Of a stretch of 64,000 bases of DNA, positions 50,657 to 62,190 are shown piece after piece. The position numbers were made by a program, and so were the translations under genes. The stretch covers positions 12,214,001 to 12,278,000 of the forward strand of contig NC_088854.1 in assembly GCF_963853765.1 (NCBI RefSeq), written 5' to 3'. Positions within the stretch are counted from its first letter, which is position 1. Each line of letters begins with the position of its first letter. This DNA is from Magallana gigas (lineage: Eukaryota). A model generated the notes under the pieces. The model was not told where the DNA came from. It ran no database searches and was given only the letters and a program-made list of their open reading frames with translations.

Positions 50657-51111
50657 GCGGCAAGTACAGCCTTCCTGTCGCCAGTCTGCACCGCAGATTA
50701 TGTGACAATTTACGTGTAACACCATGTACTTTATATTGCATGTAATGTGAAAATATGTCATTAAGAATAAATCTAATCTATGCATGGATGAAATTATAAG
50801 GCTTCAATTATACAAGGTCATAAATGAAATGAAAGCTAGAAATTGTGGACTGATATGGAAACAAGATGTATGAAGAACTGAATTTTTTTTATTAATATAA
50901 TGTTTTTGGCTTATTTAGTAACTATAATATTGACTGACATCTGATGACGCAGTGGTAATCGGGACAGTTAAATATTATACTTCTTGTATATTGTACTCTT
51001 TCAATGTATTATGACCAGTAGAAATACACTAGTCGATATATCGAATAACAATTTATTAACGATCCAATCTTGTCGTTTCTTCACGATCTATGCAGCCGGC
51101 ATGGACAATAC

Positions 51112-51496
51112 GGGCGCCTGTAAAGTGCGAAACGAAATCGAAACGAAACGAAACGAAACGAAATCAAACGAAACGAAACGAAACCAATTGAAACGAAACG
51201 AAACCAATCGAAACGAAACGAAATCAATCGAAACGAAACCAAAAATCGAAACGAAACGAAACGGAATTTAAACAAAACTAATATCAAATTTGACTACATA
51301 AAAGTGAAAATAAATTCATTGAAATAAATTTTTGAACCATAAAATATAACTACCTGTATGTTTCAGATTACCGCTGTAAATTTTTAAGCCGATTATCCGA
51401 AATTTGCAAAAATTATATAATTATGTAAATAAGTGATGTACATTCCTATACCTTTTAATGTTTCTAATTTGTTTCATTTAATGATATTCAGACGTT

Positions 51497-51536
<40 letters not shown>

Positions 51537-52459
51537 TTAAAACTTATCAGCAACTTCACATAGCAAAGTATATACGCAAGTTTTGGAAGAGAGAGATAGA
51601 AATATGATGATGATACTGAAGGGGACATTCTAACAACAATTTTCTTTCTATTGATTTGAAATATTGTAAAAATGAAACGATCGAATACAATGTGATTTAT
51701 AGCATACTGGTCGGTTACCAGTTTCTAACACATAATAAGAAAGTATAGCATGAATTTGGACGTCGTAATTTGACCAAATTAAAGTGCAATATAAAGAGGT
51801 TTTTTACCTGTTTTTTAAATCAAACATGATCTCCTCTTTCTCTCCCTTTCACACGCACGCACAATGTATTTGAATCATTTTTACAATATTTCATATCGAT
51901 ATTAAAAAAAATCGTGTAGTTGGAATGTCTCCGTAAATACTGTAAACACACTATATTTAGGGTGCACAATATTTGGCGGAATATAATTTTTCAACAAGTT
52001 AGCATGGATTTGATTTAGCGCATTTCTGAATTTACCTTTTTATCTACTTATATATTTTACATTTGGCAATGTACTTGATTTTGCGGACGCTGTTTTCCGC
52101 CAAAAACGCGAAATAGAATACATAGCCAAAGGGGTAAAGACAGTTTTATAATACGTTTACAGTATAATCATCTTTATATTGCAAGTTAATTTTGTCAAAT
52201 TACGACGTTCAAATTCATGCTATACATATTACAACAATTCTTATTATATGTTAGAAACTGGTAACCAACCAGTATGCTCTAAATCACATTGTATTCGATC
52301 GTTTCGTTTTTACAATATTTCAAATCGACAGAAAGAAAATTGATGTTAGAATGTCCCCCATAGTATCATCCTCATATCTCTATCTCTCTCTTTCTTTCTT
52401 TCTCTCTCTCCCAAATTTGCGTATATACTTTGCTATGTGATGTCGCTGATAAGTTTTAA

Positions 52460-52539
<80 letters not shown>

Positions 52540-52913
52540 AACGTCTGAATATCATTTTTATCATTTAATGAAACAAATTAGAAACATTAAAAGGTATAGG
52601 AATGTACATCGCTTATTTACATAATTATATAATTTTTGCAAATTTCGGATAATCGGCTTAAAAATTTACAACGCCAACCTGAAACATAGAGGTAGTTATA
52701 TTTTTTGGTTCAAAAATTTATTTCAATGAATTTATTTTCACTTTTATGTAGTCAAAATTGATATTAGTTTTGTTTAAATTCCGTTTCGTTTCGATTTTTG
52801 GTTTTGTTTCGTTTCGATTGATTTCGTTTCGTTTCGATTGGTTTCGTTTCGTTTCGTTTGATTTCGTTTCGTTTCGTTTCGTTTCGATTTCGTTTCGCAC
52901 TTTACAGGCGCCC
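51112..52913. mobile_element. Foldback / Mutator-like element with ~700-bp TIRs and a 9-bp TSD
   Basis: Ends GGGCGCCTGTAAAGTGCG..CGCACTTTACAGGCGCCC. GGACAATAC is duplicated at 51103-51111 and 52914-52922. The arms (51112-~51808 and ~52171-52913) contain (GAAAC)n and (GA)n arrays. No ORF. Confidence 0.85.
51938..52164. mobile_element. TACTGTAAAC-family MITE nested in the foldback spacer
   Basis: TACTGTAAAC..GTTTACAGTA ends; body homologous to 18193-18402. Confidence 0.7.
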
Positions 52914-53725
52914 GGACAATACAAGGTCCAGTATCCAACTGATGATCAATGTGAATAACGACCACTTTATAGGCAAGACATACAAAAGTGAATAAAGAGA
53001 GTTACTCTTGACATAATAGATAATTAATTAAAAGGATTACTCAGGATTAAGTATTGTCCGGCGGTCAAGGTCTAATTAGCACCGAATTAAAGAAATAATA
53101 TGTTTCTCTAAATAACTATTTTTTTACACGGTGACAGTATGCCCCAAAATTGAGAAGAGCAGTGCATTAAATAAAAAGAGAGTTGTTTGAAGCATATTTA
53201 ACAATATATTGATTACCTTTAAGGTTAGGCCCGTTTTTGATATGCTTATCGTCTTAATAAAAACATATGCTTTATTTATACAGTAGTCATATGCATTGAG
53301 CTTGGTGGGTTTTTTTAACTTAAAGAAAATGTTTTCAAGACAAAATCTCTTCTTTCTAAGTTTGGAGAAAATCTTAAATTAAAAATACCTCGGATATATA
53401 AAGACGATATGCTTTATGAAATAATTCTAAAGGCAAGCAGAAATGAAGATGGTTTAAAATAATAGCACAGTGGAGGGGGGGGGGGGGGGGCTCGGGATGA
53501 GAGGTTATATGTAGCATGGAAATAAATAAGGTAGAAATATATTCATTTAAAAAACAAATCATGAGAATGAAATTTCTATAGAAGCAAGCAAAATCTATTA
53601 GCTAAGTTTGTTTCATTATTTTAAAGGCATAGCAACGATTTGAGTGTTTATTTTCCATTTTTGATTATAACAATTGTATTTAGACTTTGAATTTTGCCCA
53701 AATTAAATGAAAAAAAAATCTACTC

Positions 53726-53798
53726 CGACCACGACGAGACTCGAACTCGCAATCTTCCGATTCGAAGTCGGACGCCTTATCCATTAGGCCACGCGGTC
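53726..53798 (-). tRNA. tRNA-Arg (anticodon TCG)
   Basis: The reverse complement GACCGCGTGGCCTAATGGATAAGGCGTCCGACTTCGAATCGGAAGATTGCGAGTTCGAGTCTCGTCGTGGTCG folds as a 73-nt cloverleaf with intact A box, GTTCGA T-loop and CT-TCG-AA anticodon loop. Confidence 0.95.
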
Positions 53799-54917
53799 TT
53801 ACAAGTCTTCGTGTGTTATAAGAGATAGATCCATAATTTCACATGACCTAAATAGCGGAGATTTTTGTTATTGTTTGTAAATCTTAGAAGGTGAATGAAA
53901 ATATAATCACGATATATGATATACACAGCTCAATATATGCTATGCAATTTAACCCGTAAAAAATGGCATTTACCGATTCCAAAGGAAAGACAACTCATCG
54001 TTTTTCTTCTTTTATTTGAAATATTTAATCAAAATCCGCGTCTTCCAACTGCTAGTGGGATGGAAGCTGTAAATATTGCAACAAATAAAGTCTTTGAAAC
54101 CTTGAAAATAAAAACATTTACCTACTTTTTAATTGAAGTATTTTATAATTTGGCAGCGTTTGAATCCAATTGTCTATGATCAGGCAATGTTCTAAGCAGC
54201 CACAGGTTCCCGACCTTTTCCAGACAATCGCGCACAATATTCATTACTATAGTATTTCTAATCAGAAAAGTTATAATTATTTTAATAATGTCTATTGGTT
54301 TGATAATTATTGAGCTTCAGAAATATAAAAGTAGCAAGTTTACTATGAAATATATAAATTAAAATAAAATGATTCAAATTTAAAGTCTAAAAATTTATGT
54401 ACATATGTATACATTAAAATAATCACTTTGAAATTCTCTTGTTTTCGAATTACAATTGTTGCATAATTTTAAATTATGATTATTCATTCACAATGATACC
54501 TTTCAATATCTCAATAACTGTAATGAGATTAATGCACAAATTTTAATTTTAAAAATGATCTAACGCCAATCAATTATTATCTTTCTTTTGATCTTTATGC
54601 TGTAAATCGAATATATGATGTCGCTGTGAATGTAGAATTTTTTTTCAAGATTTAAAATATTACATAGTAGAATATTTAGCGTTATGTTCTAAGTAAGGTA
54701 GATCGTAAATTGTACTTAATATGATCTAACTATTACTTGACCCACCCAGAACAGTAACTAAATATAGCGAGATTAAATCTATATTACATCTGATTACATT
54801 CAGAATGCCATTAACTCAGTACTTATTTTGTTTATTGCTTGCACAAACGACCTTCAGAGTCGTAAATTATTTCATGGCTCCACTGTATTTAATGACTCAA
54901 CTGTGACCTACGTAGTA

Positions 54918-54997
<80 letters not shown>

Positions 54998-55025
54998 GTG
55001 GTTTGTTGAGATATACAAGACTTAC

Positions 55026-56911
55026 TAGGACGGAAGGCGTCACAGTCCTCATCTATACGACCATCGCCATCATTATCTTTTGTATTGATAGAAAAAAGGA
55101 GTTTTTATTATTAAAAGACACTTGTAATGAAGCGTGTAAATGAAAATATTCAATGTGTTCATATTGTAATACACAGCACGGTCTAAATTCTGCAGAAAAT
55201 TATTAAAAGGTGAATTATTGTAAAACCAGAATCTTTTATACCTTTTCCATCGGCCCTCTCTTCGTCGATTTCTCCGTCACAGTCATTATCTATTTCATCG
55301 CCGTACTGCATTGGTTTAGCTCTACATCCCTAGTTAAGAAATATATAAAACAAAACAACAATTATGATATCATATAAAATCATGATATAATGTTATAATA
55401 ATTTTTCTTCCTACCGTGAATTTAGAATATCATGTGCATGGCCAATGATTTTAGTTTCTCACTGTGTTAACTGGAGTCAGTAGCAGACCAATAGGAAAAG
55501 CGTAGGATTCAAGGTTTGCTTTTCCAAAGAGAATTCCCCCAATGACAGTGGTGGGGTTTGTGTGGGTCACAGAATGGGTTCCAACGGAGACCTTCAGAAA
55601 TCCAGCCACTAGATTACTTCCAGGAATCGTCACGTAATGCTGGTTGTGGGGCAGAGGATGGTTGTCCAGTCGTAGACCGTTCTTCTGGGCAGCGTCGACC
55701 ACGAACATGAAATAGTTGGTGTACTCTCCTTTAGAGTATTCGGGTGTGGTAAATGTGTAGTCTGCAGCATATTGTTCAATGGGTGGGACAATCAACATAG
55801 CAGGGTCGGCCAAATCCGTTCCTCCTTTCTGAGTCTTGGAAAATTGAAAGACTGAGATCGGTTTATCGGATGTTATATGGGAATACAAAGCTGAGTCATA
55901 TTCTTTCTTAGCATACGTTCCAGCTTTTGAAATTGTGAAGTGATCATGAAATGCTTTGCCGTTGATTACACCTGAAACATTGACATGGGTGTTGTCCTCA
56001 CTAGCAAGGAACTGGAATATGTCACCCACAGCTCTCTCTGGTATTGGTACGGTGGCATAGTTCTTGCCCCAAGAAGACACTGGAAGCAACATCTCGACCA
56101 AATGATCACGTGACCCGCCTGTATTTCCGACCACAGCCTTCCTATTTCCACTGAGGACCCCGACGGGTTTATCAGAGACAATGTGCGCACCGCTGAGATC
56201 GGGAACAGCATGGAGCTCAAATGTACTGAATCTATCCAACGTCACGTTAATCCATTGGTTTTTAGTGTACATATGACCTTTGTACGTAACATTAACATGA
56301 GGAGTATTTGGAAGCTGAATCGCAACATGAGTTTGGTCCTGAACTCCAATAACGGCAAAAACACAATAGTAATAGGAGGGCGAGTATGACATGGTATAAT
56401 ACTCTGTTCCCAAGACGTCCGTTGGCAACGCCAAATAGCCGTCGTCGGAATAAACTTCCCTGTTGACTCCATAGACAACAATTTCGTCATCTGCTTGAAT
56501 TAGAATACCCTTCTTACTGAATTCAGTTTGGTTTAAACGATAGCTTGTGTCGACAGCAACTCGTTTGACGTGTCCATTTGTAATGGAGAAGCTGTCGTGT
56601 AGGTGGGAGTTTTGCACACCTGGAGACGTAACCGTTACGTGAACGAGGTGCGATTTGGCCGTGGTGATAAAAATTTCGGGCTGAATGTCCCTATTCTCTA
56701 AAATTTTGTTGTCCATAAACGTAATAATGAACTCAGTTCCTCTGTTATCGAGAGCACCTGAAATACAGAACTTCTCTTCTTTTTATGTTCGATAATTTTG
56801 AAATGACCTAAATATTTGTTTGCAAATTGAAAGTGCGTTTTATTATAAGAAAACATTACCTAATGCAACGTGAAAACATAATACCACTAGGTTAAGAATG
56901 GTCCAAAACAT
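55026..56911 (-). CDS. Secreted IgGFc-binding-domain (FCGBP N-terminal-like) protein; exons 56911-56860, 56757-55463, 55329-55242, 55076-55026; 3' end uncertain
   Basis: Signal peptide MFWTILNLVVLCFHVALG, then ALDNRGTEFIITFMDN, DGYLALPTDVLGTEYY, DHLVEMLLPVSSWGKNY and DPAMLIVPPIEQY, typical of the IgGFc-binding domain. Two small exons carry DNDCDGEIDE and DNDGDGRIDEDC. All phases are compatible. Confidence 0.88.
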
Positions 56912-58870
56912 CTTGAAGGCAGCCAAAATTCGGACTCCAATCAGTAGGCTTATCAGTGACAGGAGTGACCGTTCTAATTTATTAGTAAATATCGGTCATG
57001 TAATCTGTGACTTTTCATGTTTAAGGTGGGTCCTTATTCACAACTGTTTTGTTAATGTAACTTTTCTCTTGAAATAATTAGTATAGCTTGTGTGCTTCAC
57101 ACGCCACACTCAGTAATGTCTTAACCAGTCATTTTTCTGACCAGAATCGCCACAATATGTATACTGTACCCCTTTTTTATAACACCATTTCAGCCAAATT
57201 CAATTTTTAGCAGTTCAAAATACATTAGTCAAGCAAAACTAATTTTAAATATATATTTTCAAATCAAGTATTATGTGAGAAACACATAACAGTTGTCGTT
57301 TTTAATTATCAACTGATATGAAAGATGTACGAAAAGATTGCCAAAGTTTAGAATGAAAATTACAACAAAGTTTGACTTATCTTGAAATGTTGTTATAATT
57401 TTATGGTTAACTAGCTTATTTTTTTCTTTTGACTTTTCGATTTATACCTGTTGTAGATGCAGATTTGTAAGTCCTGGTCTTGAACTAAATCGTATGGACG
57501 ACCTTGGAGCTACAGTTCTGTACGTGTTAAAAGTACTAATTAGAATCACGGCGCCCTAAAATTTACGCTAGTTTTGAACTTTTTTAAATTTAAGAACAAG
57601 TTCTGTACAAATATTTTATTTCTAACTATTCTTCGGATATTTTAATAGATATTCTCACTTTACTTGAATCTGAATATGTTTTTAACATCGTCACAGTCCC
57701 GTAAAGTGAGGTGGTGTAGTTTGGTTACATGTAAAAAAGGCGATTCTCGATCTCGACGTGATTTTTCTGAAGTCGATTAGATTGTTTAATTAAGGTTCCT
57801 CGACACATCAAAAATTTATTTGATGGGTCGATAGAGAATCTTTTTTAATATGATTCCACAAAACAGATACCAATATCGGCTTTCAGTTATTTTATACAAT
57901 TTTTTTTTATTTTTAGTGAAACGGGAAAAACTGTTCAACATCTACATCGATCCATCAAATAATGGATTACATATACCTTAAGATAAAGCCCAATGCAAGT
58001 AAAGTGACGACATCAGTAGAAAAATATCTGGTGAATTTAATGGTACCTATTATTTCTACAGATATTATAAAAATATAGAGGTTAGAATGCTTATTATTAT
58101 TTTATTTATTTTATCTCTTCAACTTTTAAAACATGTATACTGCTGTTTAACCCAATCTACGTCACAATGGAAAATATGTCACTGATTTATATTTTTTCGG
58201 AAATTTTCGTCAATTGGTTTTTGTGTTCTGAAAAAAGTAGAAGTTCATGAGGAGAGAATGTAAATTGTTTAAAAAATTAAAAGAAAAAAATGAGAAACAT
58301 GAAAGTTTCGAGTTTGACCTTAATTTGTAATTGACAGATCAATGACACCTGACCTTGACTTTTCAATATACACCTTAAGGACGTTGTTTACTCAGGGTTG
58401 GAGTTCTCAAATTTGAATTGTTATAAAGTTCAATGCCATGAGTAAAATTTGTTCTAAACACTAAAAACATTTATGAAATGAATAATCATTGACAAACTAT
58501 TCGATATTTTAACTATATTATGGATCCGGAATTAGGCTCAAACAAAGTTGGGCTTTTAGCAAAACAGACGAAATTCAGACTAAATTTTTCAGATTTTGTT
58601 TTTCACTGACATATTTTTAGTAGTACTGTTATATTCAAAATTAAGATTTTATTTGTTAGTCAACAAAGTTTTGCATATTTTCTGTTGGATTTATCTCACT
58701 TTTTCGTTAAGATATTCGAATGGCACACACTACAAAAATATCGAAAAATGCTTAAAAACGATAAAAGGCACCATATCTCAAAATTTTAATCATTGACCTC
58801 ATATAACGTTTATGCCTGCAGAGTGAGGTCAATATACCTAGTTTAATGCTATAAATGTTTTAGTAATATC

Positions 58871-59194
58871 CAGGCACGTAGCATCGTTTTTGAAAGTGGG
58901 GGGGCCAGACTCATCCAAAAAATGTTGACAAGCAAAAAAAATAATTCAAAATCTTCCAAATCCTAATCCGTGGGGGGGGGGGGGGGGGGGGGGGGGGGGT
59001 AGTATATAATATAACTTCAATTTCACTCATCATTTCCTTATTTTCATATCATTTTTTTACATACTCCCAAAAAAGTGGGGGGGCCAACTCAATGATAATC
59101 CAATTTTTTATATGTAGATTTTAAAAAATTTGTTGCTGCTAGAAAAAGTGGGGGGGCCAGGCCCCCCCTGGCCCCCCCTGATGCTACGTGCCTG
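58871..59194. mobile_element. GC-rich MITE with 15-bp TIRs CAGGCACGTAGCATC
   Basis: Perfect TIRs CAGGCACGTAGCATC/GATGCTACGTGCCTG, flanked by ATATC on both sides, with an internal poly-G. A related partial copy starts at ~22328. Confidence 0.7.
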
Positions 59195-60515
59195 ATATCA
59201 TCATTCAGTTTTTTGTAAAACTGAATCAAAAAAGGGTAGGAATTTAAAAACTGATAGAGGAAATTCGGACTGGAATATTTATAAAAATTGTGAATGAAAA
59301 CTTAATGCTTTGTGTCTGTTTAGTGTCACTGTAATTCAGTAATTGTATTTCATTTTTAAAAGAGTTTAACAATTATTATTATTTTCACAATTAAGAAAAT
59401 CTCAATCATAGTGTAAAATTTTTAGGGACTTTTCTTAAATTTTCAAAAAATATTCAATGACCATTATCTTAAAAATTAGGTCATTGACCTACTTTTTTGA
59501 AATTGAAAAATAGCACTACCATGATAGGTCTTTTACACACAATAGATGGTTTTTCATTATCATCAGTGAATTGTTTTTTCATTCTGAGTAAACGTATACC
59601 TTAATACTGTTTCTTCTATAAAACAGGGCTGTTCTAGGCCATATCGAGACATCTTAGCATTTAAATGCAGGTTACACCATGGGGAGAATATTTTGAACTA
59701 TACTACTAGTATATTAATTTCAAGATTAATCTTACCGGATATTTGATAATTACATGTACTATGACAACGCCACATATCAAACTTCCTGTTGCTGTCATTG
59801 ACCTTATCCAAGTGGATTTAGATAACCTGTGCCATGCAACGAAGGAAACCAGCTTTCTGAATCAGAACTAGTAATTTCAGTACGAAGTTAAATCGGATAA
59901 GAATACGCAAGAACTGTTATTATATTTGTATATGCCTCATTCTTTTGTTTCAATTTAGAAATAAAAAAGCGTATTAATCGACTGAATTAACGAGATAAAA
60001 TTCTTTACGTATCTCACGTTTGAAGGGGCATGGTAGCGATTTTGGTTGAATTCTAGTTTTTCAGTTTTTATTATTTACAATGCTTTAGGAATGCATTCCT
60101 AACGGTCAAATGTGTTACTCGCCTATAACTCAACAAATATTAATGACTCTAAAATTGTTGTTGCCAGTGACAAATGCCTTACTGAAGCATTGGAGACATT
60201 AAAATGGAAAAAAAACATTTTTTGACCATGCCCCTTTATTATTTTTTTGACATTGTTTGTACAATGATTGAAACACAATTACCTGCTGTGTCAGTGTAAA
60301 TGGTATTTAGTATGTGGATTCATTTCTCTTATACATTCAAATCCTTTGAACACCATGTCTAGTTGACAAATGTAAACACTAATTATTTTATTTTCATTTA
60401 TTCATTTAAGATACAAAAGACACAAAATGAATCTGTAACGACAAAGACACAATTCATTAGGATGAATACATGTACCTTGTCATTATGACACAATGAATAC
60501 CCGTTAGTATTTTGG

Positions 60516-60888
60516 ATTGTTATACTTTCATGTTAAATACTGAAATCTGATTGGTTAAGACGCAGTTAATAATATTTACTATTACCCTCAGCGTTAGCAA
60601 CGCACTTGGCAACGGGTAACATTAAAAAATGTTACATGCGCGAAAATTATGCGCGTACGGTTCGCTGTAGAATTCACGTTATTCCTATATAAAAGCAGTA
60701 AAATTTTCTTAAAAATTTTAAAAAAGACATTCAGTATAACAAAATAAATAGTGCCTGTTTGGGAGGATAACAGTTGAAATTGACACCCCTCGAAAACCAT
60801 TGTCAACCTCCGCTTCGCGTCGGTTGACAATGGTTTTCTCGGGGTGTCAATTTCAACTGTTACCCTCCCAAACAGGCACTATTTATAT
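60516..60888 (-). mobile_element. Non-autonomous hairpin element, probable Crypton partner
   Basis: Palindrome with ~63-bp arms (60744-60886); apex on the - strand is CCGACGCGAAGCGGAGG. Homologous to 4860-5256. No ORF. Confidence 0.72.
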
Positions 60889-60989
60889 ATTATGACTGAC
60901 AGAATATATAAAATTACAAGCAGTTATACAAAAAAAAAAAAATAAATAAAACAAACAAAACAAACAGAAACATAAAAGAAAAGATTATT

Positions 60990-62190
60990 TTAACCATTAA
61001 TACGTTGGCAATAACCGTAAAACACCTCCTTGTTCAGACGACTCTCCTGAATGCAGTCGTAGCCGGTCGGACATTCACAAAGGTTTGTGTTGACGTAGGT
61101 CTCAAGCCAAGTCTGAGGGTCTATTACTTTCCGGATTTTCTCACACATACCTCCATCCGAACGATTAATGTTACACCGGGGCTATAGAAATAAACCCAAT
61201 ATACATTTTTACACATGACATATACATTTGACATATGAGTAACTTTTCATTCTTGACCAAATGCCTAAAGTATTATTTATCATTCGTTTCTTTTTAATAA
61301 TATGCTATTTTATGATATAAAAAAACATCCAAACAATCTGAAAGTTGATTAGAAGAACCGCCTACCATATCGCAAACAAGATCATGATTCCATTTCCACC
61401 CGACCATGTAGCTCTTTTTGATTTTCATTGGGTCTTGTCCTTGGCATTTACAGTTCACGGAACGAATTCTTTCCGGAATATTTCCACCCTCCATTACCAT
61501 AGCTGTCTCTCCGTCTTCGCATGATCGGACTGCCCCTAGCGGGTTACAGTAGTGTAAAGCGATGCCGATCCGCCTTCCTAAAACAGAAAACTACAGTTTT
61601 AACACATTTATCCATAACTGACATGACCTGTATAAGAACATTTAGATAACTAGCGTTCGACGCAGACATATATAATTTAACTCCAATTAGGCTTAATTGG
61701 ATAAATGTTGATTGCAAAGTCTATAACAATAATCTTTGAATTGGAGATATGGATATTTGTCGACACTTTAGTCAACTGCATCTTATGAGCGATTCGTCGA
61801 TAGTGCAACGTTTTTAAAAAGGGTTTTTTATGTTATAGCTTTATGTTATAGATACAGAAGAGAAAAAGAAAACGAAAAAGAAAAAGGAACGGGTGGGAGA
61901 GGTTGGTGCTTTGCGTTCCGCTGTACTGTTTTTACGGTTCTAGCTTGATCGACGACAACTTCCGAGTTGTCGCTAACAGCCTGTCGTACAATGTTACCTC
62001 TTGAGAGGATGTCCCTGGTGATGGTTTTGTCGCCTTGAGTAATCCAACCGCTAGGACAAGTGTTTCCATCGGGACAAGTACAGATCTGCCTGTCTGTGTT
62101 GTAGATTTCCTGAGAATTGGGAGACGTCGCCGCGTACATTTTTAATGCCATGTCACATGGTACTGGATCGCTGGAGCAAAAAGGAAGGTC
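60990..62190 (-). CDS. Argos/giant-lens-like cysteine-rich protein, 3' exons 62190-61998, 61577-61366, 61181-60990 (5' exon not identified)
   Basis: The in-frame spliced product DLPFCSSDPVPC..RQICTCPDGNTCP..HYCNPLGAVRSC..VNCKC..LVCDMPRC..MCEK..VNTNLCECPTGYDC..FYGYC* follows the three-domain Cys spacing of Argos (DLPVC, RQCRCP, VHCRCP, VNINSLCQCPKGHRC, YSGYC). Confidence 0.72.

Noticed and set aside
51125-51265. CRISPR-like or coding interpretation of the (GAAAC)n arrays (ETKRN / FRFVS ORFs)
   Set aside because: These are pure pentamer microsatellites inside TIRs, with no unique spacers and no cas genes. The ORFs are by-products of the repeat.
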